Positions 1 to 10,918 of a stretch of DNA of 64,000 bases are shown here, piece after piece (the stretch's first letter is position 1; each line of letters opens with the position of its first letter). The stretch spans positions 310,001-374,000 of the forward strand of contig JBDOQK010000015.1 of assembly GCA_040437565.1 (NCBI GenBank), read 5' to 3'. Below the pieces are notes generated by a model. It did not search any database, was not told the origin of the DNA, and worked only from the letters and a program-made list of their open reading frames with translations. The DNA is from Albugo candida (lineage: Eukaryota). The translations under genes and the position numbers were made by a program.

Positions 1-965
1 ATTTACCTATAGTGGTGCTGAGTGTTATGATGATGATAAGTGCAATCAACGTAGCCACAGCGGTCAAGACTGTTTTCTTTCTTTGCTTGAGGCTGCTCCT
101 TAATTGAGACATACTGGATTTTCCATCCCACGCCATCTTATCCGTTTAGTTTCTGCGTAGCGTCAAGCAGAAATAATTTTGTTGAATACGCTTATATTCA
201 GAATATAATGCCTCAGATCGTCTAAGGTGCAGTGAAGGGCGGAAGACAAGCAATGTGAGTAATCGGTATAGACAGTTAGACATGTGGCTGCACTAGGGCT
301 AGAACAGAAACGTTGTAGGGAACATTGTCGGCTGTGCGGGTAGCGTAATACCCACGTGTTGTTGTGGTAAAGTAGTCGTAATTTCTGCACTCAGTGGTTG
401 TTAACCCAATAGTAAAGTTTAAAGTAGTAGGTTTGAGGGTGTGGGTTAGTCCTATGCGTCATAATTCCAGCGCCTTGACCGGAATAAGAGTCATACATTT
501 ACACATATTTCTGCTGTAAACCTACTAATCAAGTCCTGATCAGCAACTCTTCCACAATCTTATCAGATCTCAAGTTGTGGTATGCACTTGTAGTTGGCAT
601 ATATTTTATAATCTTGCTATGTATAAAATATTGCCAAGAGATCGAGTGTACTTAGCGGGCAGGAATGCTTGCAAGCTGCTTGGAAAGAAGACGAGTAGTT
701 ACACATCTATAGCAAGACTGATACGCATATCCTTCATGTTATCGGTACGTGCTTTTCGATAGAACGTGCTTCTGCATAGTGCGGCAATGTTGTACGATTA
801 CAAGGAAGGAATGGTGAAAAATATAAAGCGGAAGCCCCAAATGTCTAAATCTAACTCGCAGCAAGGGTTTTATCCGATTGTGCACAGTCAATCAACTATC
901 GACTAGTTCATACAGAGCTTGATTATTGGAAGGTCTCCTACGTAGAGATACGTCTACTCTTAAAG

Positions 966-2557
966 ATGAATTGCGTCGCTTCAACAGCGAATGTAAAAAG
1001 CGAGCATCTAGCTATTGGCAATAATAATGCAGAACTTCGACGTTCCCGACTAACCGAACGAGCTTTCTATGATGACGATAGCTTGATTCATGATCAATCT
1101 TGCAAATTCATCGGGACTATCGATGCAAGTATCCGGGTAGCAGCATCGTTGAATTCGACTATAGAGGACTTCTCAAAATTTACACGGCCATTTTCTTGGG
1201 GATATGGCTGCACCGATGGTGCACTGGGTCATGCGAAAACAAGCGTTATTGAGCCTTTGCGACTGGTCTCAGCCTTCCGCAGTATTGGTGTGAAGCAAGT
1301 AATTGCCGCTGATAGGCTCACACTTTTTCTCACATGTACGCAAAAGATTAGCTAATGTACTTGCTACAATTGTCATCCACATGGCTCTTTAGACCGCGAT
1401 GAGATATATCAGTGTGGTCGTCTGATTTCGTATGATAGTGTGTCAACCATACGCACACCGAGCAAGGTGGATTTCCCACAAAATGGAACAGCATCGATCA
1501 TTTCCATCCGAGCTGCTAACTGTGCATGCTATGCTCTCGACGGTATTCTTTTTCGCTACAGGAATTGTTAGTCTTGAATTATATTTTGTATACAGATTTG
1601 GGGAAGGTCTATGAATGGGGTTGCCTCCTTAAAGCAACATCTAGCTCTCAAGATAAGAGTACGCTAGCAGAAGGAACATCATATGGTCTCGAAATAGGTG
1701 AAGGCTTCTGTAAAAAGAAAAGTAAAAGATGTATGAAGTTTGTGCATCAAGCTCCCGCAATTGTTTCAAGTCTCTCGAATATCATGATCAAAAAGATCAG
1801 ACCCGGTAACGACTTTGTGATTGCTATCGACGATTCTGGAAATGCCTTTTCTTGGGGCCAGAATCGTTTCGGCCAGCTCGGTTTGGGGCACAAATGTGAC
1901 ACGAAACATCCAGAAAAAATTGTAGCAATCAAAGCAATGTTCGTTGTAGATGTTGAAGCCAATTACAATCACGTTCTGGCGATTTTGGGTTAGACCTCCT
2001 TTTCAATTAAAAATGACCGCTGCTGACATGATTTTACAGCTCCACGGCGGACGCAAGGCTTTCTTCTGTACCTTCTTATCTACTCATGGGGTAAAAATCA
2101 ATTTGGTTGCCTTGGAAGAGAGGAGGAGGCGAGTTCCACATACCCCCAGGAGGTGACGTTTTTTAGAGGACTAAATCCTGCTCAGATTGCAACCGGCATC
2201 GACCATAGCATGGTTCTATGTCTAGCTGGATCGCAATCATTTCTATACACATTCGGCGGGAACCAATTTGGGCAACTTGGCACTGGGATTACATGGCAGT
2301 ACTGTGTGCAACCGCAGCTAGTATACTATCTTGCTAAAGTTCCGATAGTAAGTATCAGCGCAGGTTCGAGATACTCAGTTGCCTTATCCGCAAACGGTGA
2401 GCTATTCTCTTGGGGTGATGGAATGTACGGCAAGACTTCCACTCCGGGAGGCGGAATTACATGTGTACCAAATAAAATTTCTTCGTCTCGAAACCAATTT
2501 GTGACGCAAATTTCCGCTGGGAAGTCGCACGTCATAGGACTTTTCCGAAATTGCTAA
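966..2557 (+). CDS. RCC1/BLIP-II repeat protein (multi-exon)
   Basis: RCC1 motifs FSWGYGCTDGALGH, FSWGQNRFGQLGLG, YTFGGNQFGQLGTG and FSWGDGMYGK are spread over ORFs 966-1355, 1526-1993 and 2153-2557. They can be joined by short GT-AG introns (about 1337-1392, 1542-1594, 1989-2039). Confidence 0.85.
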
Positions 2558-2699
2558 GTCCTCACTCGAGTATATTGAGATTGAAATTTACTATCTTGGG
2601 ATCGTTTTTATCGTTCCGTATCAAAAGTGCGAGTGCATCCATCGCCACTGATGCTTTTCTGACTACCTATGATGATGCTACTTGGTTGTGATCAAAGAC

Positions 2700-3240
2700 A
2701 GAGTGAGAGATAGTAGAGCCGTCAAAAGAACACTTCATAGCTGTTTGGAATAGTAGTCTGAACACGTAGATGGTCAGTCTCAATTTCTCGAGTGGGTGTC
2801 CCCTTCGATTTGATCTGATCACTCGTATTTTAATCTCTAAATAAAAGCTACTACAACGAAAGTACATTGGTCACGTGAGACTTCCTCACACTTCAAGTTC
2901 AGTCCACAACTTGATTCGTCTTTGATTTGTCAAAGATACTAGCGAAGCTGTCATACTCAGCATGATTATACATCTGGCGAATTCCGAGCGAGACTAATAT
3001 TCTCGGATTCAGGACTGTTGAATCCATATTGTAACCGGTAGTGGTCCAAGAGATGCGTGTACGACTTAATGAGTCTTGTGTTTTGCGATGTAGTGACACG
3101 TCGATTATATAGACACACTAAACAAGCATTATCTACAGGGCTATTTAACCGTGCTTTGCAATGAGTGATAGTAGAGCTTGAGAAGCGCATGTTCATATAG
3201 AATAAGATGCAATTCTGTGGTGTTGCAGCACCATACAACA
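2700..3240 (-). mobile_element. Possible highly degenerate Ty1/copia integrase remnant
   Basis: Broken minus-strand frames give VSLGIRQMY..YDSFASIFDKSK, KIRVIRSNRRG and QTTIPNS in the order of the copia integrase motifs SLGGxRY..DDYSR..FLKSK, KIKxLRSDxGGE and QTTVPY. There are many stops and frameshifts; match is by eye only. Confidence 0.3.
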
Positions 3241-3328
3241 AAGCGCTACATACGTGTTCGTTGCATTACGTACGTCTGTTCACGGTCAAGCTATTTAAAC
3301 GGATCAATAAGTGCATCCCACTGCATAG

Positions 3329-4273
3329 ATGCAAGAGTCGCATGAAGAGGAGGTGACACACCACCCCTGTATGACGATGCTGATGAATGATGCTCACAAG
3401 CATAGTAACAACGAAACGGTTGAAGTGCCCAAAATTTCGCCACACTCATCGTTGATGGCATCACAAAGTACGGACACAGCCATGGCATCGCTGGCAACCA
3501 CATTGTCGAAACAGGTATCCGATCTCGGTGAACCTGCATTTTCTCCTGGTGTTGTGTATTCGACTGCAAATACGCTTTGGTCGGCAGAAGAATTGCAATT
3601 GCTTTTTCGCGGACTAAATGATTTTCCTGAAGAAAGATACGACAACGTGACCAGGTACATTCACATTGCTTCTTCTATTCCAAGGAAATGTGTTCGCGAT
3701 GTCGCCTTCAAAGTGAAATCAATGAGCATACAGCAAGAAAATCTATTAGCTCAAGCCCAAGATACCGTAAACACCAATCAGTTGCAGAAACGTATGAAAA
3801 TCGAACAGTATAAAGACGTCCAAGCTACAGCCTTGCCCCTTCTCGATCAACGTAAAATGGGGCTTGACCAGCGATGTGATGGACCTTCTGATGGCCTCTC
3901 GTTCTCGACTATTGAAGTACAATTGCATGGGCTGCTCAAAGTAGGCTGATGTAATACTCACAGATCTACTTTTAACAAGTCAAAAAAATAGGAAAATGCC
4001 ATGGTTTTGAACGCAATTCGGAGCAACCTTCTTTCTGGACGAATACAAGACAATCGTAAGCAGATGATGCAATTTCATGGTAACTCCCAAGCCATCATAT
4101 CATCGTAAGTCTTGCTTGACAGCAGTAACATATAAGCCCCGATACTCATGTACACACTTCTGAATAGCATTGGAAATATATCAGCTTCGCTTCCTCCGCT
4201 ACATTTCAAGCTTGATACATCGTTGATTGATGACTCAAAATTGGCGTCGAATCCTCAGCGGCTCAATTTGTAG
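3329..4273 (+). CDS. Myb/SANT-like domain protein with DUF3755-like C-terminus
   Basis: WSAEELQLLFRGLNDFPEERYDNVTRYIHIASSIPRKCVRDVA is SANT/Myb-like. Downstream exons (introns about 3942-3991 and 4106-4168) encode ENAMVLNAIRSNL...LPPLHFKLD, ending at TAG 4271-4273. Confidence 0.7.
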
Positions 4274-5845
4274 GCACAGACAGGATCACGGGTGTGTGGA
4301 CCAAAACCTTATTTTTTTCTTTTATCGTTGTTTCGACGATTCCCACTACGTTTTCGTTCTTCTCGTCTCTTCTGCTCATCTCTTCGATGTTCTTTGTTGC
4401 TCCTTCGATCGCCTCTTTGACCACTCGAGGAGGTGCACTTGTGCCTTTCATTCCTAATTTGATATTTCTCGTTGGATTCGGATTCGACGTCCCGCGAACG
4501 TGAATTTGCAAGCTTTTTGATGGATGCTGAAGGACGATTCGGGCTATGTGTATGATTCGAACAATCTCGCTTTACCTTAACAGGGGCATTATCCACATGT
4601 GTGATCTTAACTCTTTTGGTATACCGATCACCAGATATCGTAGGAGCAGTCTTAGCACCAAGCCCAAGTAATCTATGTCTTGGCTGAATGTCAATTGAGT
4701 TCGTTTCATCGTCCTTGGTTCCTTTCCAGCCCATTCCTCGGAGTAGTGCTGATCCGAATTCTTCTACCGGGACCTTTTCGTATGCATCACTATGAACATG
4801 AAGCTCCTGTGGTCTCATAGAAACATCAAATTGGTACTTCGCGGTCACAGAANNNNNNNNNNNNNNNNNNNNNNNNNNNNNNNNNNNNNNNNNNNNNNNN
4901 NNNNNNNNNNNNNNNNNNNNNNNNNNNNNNNNNNNNNNNNNNNNNNNNNNNNACAGATCTACTTTTAACAAGTCAAAAAAATAGGAAAATGCCATGGTTT
5001 TGAACGCAATTCGGAGCAACCTTCTTTCTGGACGAATACAAGACAATCGTAAGCAGATGATGCAATTTCATGGTAACTCCCAAGCCATCATATCATCGTA
5101 AGTCTTGCTTGACAGCAGTAACATATAAGCCCCGATACTCATGTACACACTTCTGAATAGCATTGGAAATATATCAGCTTCGCTTCCTCCGCTACATTTC
5201 AAGCTTGATACATCGTTGATTGATGACTCAAAATTGGCGTCGAATCCTCAGCGGCTCAATTTGTAGGCACAGACAGGATCACGGGTGTGTGGACCAAAAC
5301 CTTATTTTTTTCTTTTATCGTTGTTTCGACGATTCCCACTACGTTTTCGTTCTTCTCGTCTCTTCTGCTCATCTCTTCGATGTTCTTTGTTGCTCCTTCG
5401 ATCGCCTCTTTGACCACTCGAGGAGGTGCACTTGTGCCTTTCATTCCTAATTTGATATTTCTCGTTGGATTCGGATTCGACGTCCCGCGAACGTGAATTT
5501 GCAAGCTTTTTGATGGATGCTGAAGGACGATTCGGGCTATGTGTATGATTCGAACAATCTCGCTTTACCTTAACAGGGGCATTATCCACATGTGTGATCT
5601 TAACTCTTTTGGTATACCGATCACCAGATATCGTAGGAGCAGTCTTAGCACCAAGCCCAAGTAATCTATGTCTTGGCTGAATGTCAATTGAGTTCGTTTC
5701 ATCGTCCTTGGTTCCTTTCCAGCCCATTCCTCGGAGTAGTGCTGATCCGAATTCTTCTACCGGGACCTTTTCGTATGCATCACTATGAACATGAAGCTCC
5801 TGTGGTCTCATAGAAACATCAAATTGGTACTTCGCGGTCACAGAA
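3960..5845. repeat. Apparently exact direct duplication 3960-4852 / 4953-5845 around 100-N gap (assembly overlap)
   Basis: Same sequence at offset 993 on either side of gap 4853-4952; the ORF track repeats identical peptides. Confidence 0.95.
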
Positions 5846-6366
5846 TCTAATTTCTCCATCCCAGGAACAGCGTTTTGGAAAAGTATGGGCATTCCATCAC
5901 GTGATCTTTGATTCTTTCCTATGTTCCTTTTCACTAGAATATCATCTGAGCCTATCGTGCCTGATTTCATTGCTATCACAAGGTTGTTATCTGTGGATTT
6001 CTGTTGGTTGGAATAATTGATCCGGCCTTCTATTTCAGCCAGAATAGCTCTTGCGGTCTCGGTTTCGCCATCTGTCGCATCATTTCCGATACTCTCAGTT
6101 TCTTTCAATAAAACATTATCTTTTTCATCGACTTTCTTCTTGCTCCACTGATTTTCCTTGATGAGAGGAATAACTAGTTCTGGGGGCTTCGAGGAAACAG
6201 AGGATGAAGCGTCAAATTTAGTGATATAAATTTCGTTTGAGACGTTCTTTTTATCCGTCGATCCAAACGCTTGCTTCAAATGATTCCTATTACTTCCTTC
6301 ATCATCATTTCTTTGCACGTGAAATCCATTCTTTTTTACTTTCTTTAGCGAGAAACCGAGCTTCAT
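5302..6366 (-). CDS. G-patch protein, Spp2/MOS2/GPKOW-like splicing factor
   Basis: YEKVPVEEFGSALLRGMGWKG...RHRLLGLGA is a Spp2-type G-patch; LVIPLIKENQW motif; R/S/D-rich tail. Confidence 0.85.
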   Translation of the reverse strand: MKLGFSLKKVKKNGFHVQRNDDEGSNRNHLKQAFGSTDKKNVSNEIYITKFDASSSVSSKPPELVIPLIKENQWSKKKVDEKDNVLLKETESIGNDATDGETETARAILAEIEGRINYSNQQKSTDNNLVIAMKSGTIGSDDILVKRNIGKNQRSRDGMPILFQNAVPGMEKLDSVTAKYQFDVSMRPQELHVHSDAYEKVPVEEFGSALLRGMGWKGTKDDETNSIDIQPRHRLLGLGAKTAPTISGDRYTKRVKITHVDNAPVKVKRDCSNHTHSPNRPSASIKKLANSRSRDVESESNEKYQIRNERHKCTSSSGQRGDRRSNKEHRRDEQKRREERKRSGNRRNNDKRKK

Positions 6367-6594
6367 AATGTATGGTCTTTGACTGAGAGTATACGTATAA
6401 ATACGTATACTTTTTTTTGTATTAGTGACGAGCCAATCGCCAATGTATCAGTTCAGGGTGTCCAATTGATCAACCGAATCGATATGACCTCACTGCACTG
6501 ACGCAGCACCGTCTATGGGTATTGCGGAAAAGACGGAAACTAATTTATGTCCGCTTTGTTTGTGTAAATAAGTTTTACCGCAGAGCTCAACTCA

Positions 6595-7491
6595 ATGACC
6601 TCTCAAAGTGAAGATTATACAGTAACAGCTGCTTCAACAAAGTGTACTTTACAGAGCATTCAGAGCTCAGCATCTTCCTCGTGTCTTTTTGAAGATGGTG
6701 AGCTCCTGGACTTCATTGAAACTATCTACGAAGATTTCACCAAGTACTCGTGGTCATCGAGGGAGATGGAATCTCCGGAGATTAATAAGTTTTCAACAGA
6801 TGCGCTTTTGCTCGATCTAAGTGTCGATAAATGGTCGACCGAGGGTTGTGCTTCTTCTTCCGTAAGTTTTTTCGATATGCTGCTGACAGATGAACACAAG
6901 CCATATCAACACTTTGAAGAAAATCACTGTAGCACAGTGCACACTTCTTATACTGAAGATGAATTATTCACTCCGTTAGATTATTGGATTTCCAGCTTTC
7001 CGTCGACAGCTCGTCAGTTTCCTAGTGCACACGCTATGGACGACCCTGCTATCAAAGAAATATCGAATAACAAGATCTCAAAGATATCAGAATCCATTCT
7101 CAATCCACGTGTTCTATCATCACGATGTGTGTCTCCAGGATGTTCCAGGACAGAACAAACCAATGGACTCTGTATCCGTCATGGTGGCGGTAGACGCTGT
7201 TCCGTCACAGACTGCAATCGCGGTGCACAAGCGCAAGGTCGATGCAAAAAACATGGCGGGGGTACACGCTGTAAGGTGATTGGCTGCTCTAGAAGCAACC
7301 AAGGTGGTGGATTTTGTCGTTCTCATGGAGGAGGTAAGCTCTGCACATATCCAGGTTGCAAGAAGGGTGTACAGCGTAAAGGCTACTGCTCAACACACGG
7401 TGGCTCTCGCTTGTGCAAGATTACCGGTTGCTCCAGAGTTGACCGTGGCGGTGGTTTCTGTGGTCAACACAAGAAGGATAATCTATTGTGA
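6595..7491 (+). CDS. WRKY19-like zinc-finger repeat protein (C-x4-C...C-x2-HGGG repeats)
   Basis: Five tandem Cys/His units with CIRHGGG, CKKHGGG, CRSHGGG, CSTHGG and CGQH at the C-terminus; single exon. Confidence 0.85.
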   Translation: MTSQSEDYTVTAASTKCTLQSIQSSASSSCLFEDGELLDFIETIYEDFTKYSWSSREMESPEINKFSTDALLLDLSVDKWSTEGCASSSVSFFDMLLTDEHKPYQHFEENHCSTVHTSYTEDELFTPLDYWISSFPSTARQFPSAHAMDDPAIKEISNNKISKISESILNPRVLSSRCVSPGCSRTEQTNGLCIRHGGGRRCSVTDCNRGAQAQGRCKKHGGGTRCKVIGCSRSNQGGGFCRSHGGGKLCTYPGCKKGVQRKGYCSTHGGSRLCKITGCSRVDRGGGFCGQHKKDNLL

Positions 7492-7597
7492 TCTTATGCA
7501 AAATACGCAGACGCTCAATCTGCATGTCGAATACTAACGTAACCAAATTCAGTAGGACATAACTGACATAACAAAGTTGTTGTGCCACTCAGCTTGA

Positions 7598-10244
7598 ATG
7601 ACTCCGACGCAGTCAGATGATCTACTATCTCCTTTGTCACGAGTAGAAAAAGCTCGAAAGTATGCGATGATGGAGCAGAGAGAACGTATAAAATCGCTAC
7701 ACGATCGTCGGGAACATATTATTACTCGTACAGACCCCACCATACCTTCGTCCAATTTCAGTTATAAACGTAAAGTCGGTGACGCAGTATCCGATGCCGA
7801 CCGATATTCTTGGCAAACACAGCATACGTACTCGCCAAGACTGAAATACAAGAGCGCCGGTGTCAAACACATTCATTTCGATGAAGTTTCTATCCAAGAT
7901 AGTAGTAGGACACACAAAAACAAAAGACGGGCGCTTCATAACCAAGAAAAAGAAAATAGTGCGAGATCGCATTATCCATCAGCTCCACAATATATCAATT
8001 GTACCAGAGGTTCCTACGAGCCTGAAGATGCGGGTATTAACTCTTCAGAGTATCGAAGAAGATCATATCTGAGCGGCCGAAGCGTATTGGATGACCCGTC
8101 AGTCAAAGATGCTCAAATGGAACAATGCGAATATGAACGTACTAAATCAAGAATTTATAGAGATAGGGATCTGAGATGCTTTCCCTCCCAGGACATGAAA
8201 ACTCCACGACAGGAAGATAGGATGACTGGTGCGGAGACTGTTGAAGGAAAAGAGATTCTCAGTACACTGCTAGCGACTAGTACTCCTCGTTTTGGAAGAA
8301 AATTTCTATCTGAAAGTAAAAAAGCAGGAAAGGATGACGACAGAATTGAAGCTCGCGTTTTGACTTATTCCTCGTCGGATTCTGAATCGGCTGATTGCGA
8401 GAATTACAACTCGAATCGTCTTGTACCTCCTCGGTCGAATAACAGCCACGTTTCGACTACTCAGTACAATGAACATCCAGGGTACCATAAAAATGAGCTA
8501 GATCCTGATCGAAAGTTTTCTGATACAAGAAGTGAATGGGATGAAAGCACTGGTAAAATAAATGATCGTCTTCGTTTCCGGGGCATTCCCAAAGATGCAG
8601 ACCGAGAGGACTCAAAGCATGACGAACCAACTCCAGATGGTACTGACATAACGGAAAAACCTTTGAATTGGCAGGAATTACAAGGACTTACATGGATTCA
8701 TCTTGTTGCATGGTTCATCGTTGCTTTCCTATGTGCTTGTGCAGCTGCGGTATTGTACCCAGTCATAAATGCTTACTGGACTCCTGCATTACCATATTGT
8801 GCTAGCAAGGAAAGTGATTATGCATATCTTTTGGCCGACGACTCTGAAAAAGGCATCGGGTCAAACCCTCCCAGATCATGGGCAGTTCAGCTGTATCAAG
8901 GGGACGCCACATGCCGTAGATGTCCTTTGTATGGAATATGCGAAAATGGTCATCTGCGGACGTGCGTTCTCCCTTTCGAATTAAAACATGGAACCTGCGC
9001 TAAAAGCGACGTCATCGAACATGAATTTGAACAAGTAGCAGCCTCAATAAGGCACTTGCTGGTAAGGCAAGTCAGCATCGACACATGCAACATCTCGCTG
9101 ACCGATTTCATGTGGGACATTGAGAACGCAAGAAGTAAAGCAGCAGAAAATGCCACAAGTGTTTCCTTGCACTCAATCGAAAGGTATATCAAAAAGCAGG
9201 TCAAAGAGCTTGCAAGCGAGGGTTTGGCACACGAACGAGATGCGCCGTTGGTCTCACTCACATCGTTACCACCTAAATATGTCGTACGACGTGCCCTGGA
9301 CCTTGCCATATCAAAGCTTGATGGAGTGACAGTGCAGCCAAACGAAAATGTCGTATTTATTCCTCAAACGCTGGCGCCACTGATTTGCCGGGGCAAACTT
9401 TATCTATTCGCTAGTCTGAAATTGATTATAACGACCATCATATTTCTGCTAATTGTAGCATTGCTCCGGCAACGTTGGGTATTGAAGCAGACGAATAGGG
9501 CGCTTGTGGAGCGATTATGGAAAGAAGTACGTGCTTGTTTGATGGCACGCGCAACTGAGGCAGAGACGAAAAATAAATACGTAAAGCTCGTTGAGCCTTA
9601 TTGCCCGGTTTCCCACATTCGGGACATTTTATTTGACTCAGAATTGCTGACACAAAACAAAAAGAGGTGGCTGCAGAATGTCATTTGGCCCAAAGTTGTG
9701 CATCTTGTCGAAGCAGATTCACACATCTTGAAATCACGCGCCATGTAAGCTCTTGTCAATGTCCTAAGGCTCATCACTATCACTCTGATGATCGTTCCAC
9801 AGTATACATGGTCAAGATGTGGCGGTATGGCAATGGCTATCCCAACCCGCAGTCATGCCAGCTTATCAAAAGGCTGTTGACTCGCAAAAATTTGCACGTC
9901 CTCAAAATACTCCCTTCGCACCATCATTTCAGACCGACGTGTCGTATCCACGCTATTTTCCAGCTTTTTCCAGACCAAGGGCCGATCAGACTGATTCAAT
10001 CGACCTAACACACCCCTCGTCTTCGCCCAGTAATTTTTCAACATATGCCCAGAACCCATCCACACCGATTCACTCTCGCTACTTACAGCACGCAACACAT
10101 TCGGAAACTCCCTTCGATATCAAACGTGAGCGTCTCAGAGCTCGGTCGGTCGCTGTCGCGGAGCAAGCTGCCAGACGTTTTAATGATCAGAGCAGTCAAC
10201 CTTCTCAAAGTGGATTTTCGCTATTCCGTAATCATTTTTGGTGA
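7598..10244 (+). CDS. Inner nuclear membrane protein with Man1/Src1 C-terminal (MSC)-like domain
   Basis: Disordered N-terminus, TM1 (WIHLVAWFIVAFLCACAAAVLY), lumenal CRRCPLYGICENG, TM2 (LIITTIIFLLIVALL), then VSHIRDILF...WPKVVHLVEADSHI. An intron at about 9745-9801 leads to VWQW. Confidence 0.7.
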
Positions 10245-10918
10245 AACTGGACGCAGGAGAAATATTAGGGATCAGAATATCATTTTTTATTCGCGAAAAA
10301 AAAGATACCTGATGATGACTGCACTTGGGTGAATTTCTCTGTGATAATATTACCGGATTAGATAATCTTCCTTTTTTTGTATTGGAGCAACTTTGTTCTG
10401 TGANNNNNNNNNNNNNNNNNNNNNNNNNNNNNNNNNNNNNNNNNNNNNNNNNNNNNNNNNNNNNNNNNNNNNNNNNNNNNNNNNNNNNNNNNNNNNNNNN
10501 NNNTTTTTTGTATTGGAGCAACTTTGTTCTGTGACTTTCCTTTAACCTCAACTATATTATACATGCCCGAATATCATAGTTCTAAAGGAACGGCTGAACT
10601 CCCGCGACAATCTCAACGCTATACAATAATAGAAACCGATAGCACGACTCAGCGAAAGTCTCTATCGTGCTTTCTGCCTATCACTCATATGACGCTCACG
10701 GCTGCCAAATCATCGAAACTCCCTCTACTCATAAACCAAGGGATTATGCTACTCCTTTACATTTGACATTCTTAGAGAACTTTTACTAATTCTCTGTGGG
10801 TAAGGGTCAACTCGAACTGAGCCATTTGGCTTTTATCCTGACAGGTGCTATTGCTTGATAGCACGTACAGATTGTACAAATTCAGTCACAATAATTATAG
10901 AAGAAGCGTGAAAGAAAT

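Noticed and set aside
1-560. Possible gypsy integrase relic on the minus strand (NKIISA, STTIGK fragments)
   Set aside because: Too few matching residues to support even a low-confidence call.
4309-5046. Second G-patch gene copy
   Set aside because: Identical to 5302-5845 and cut by the gap; assembly overlap.
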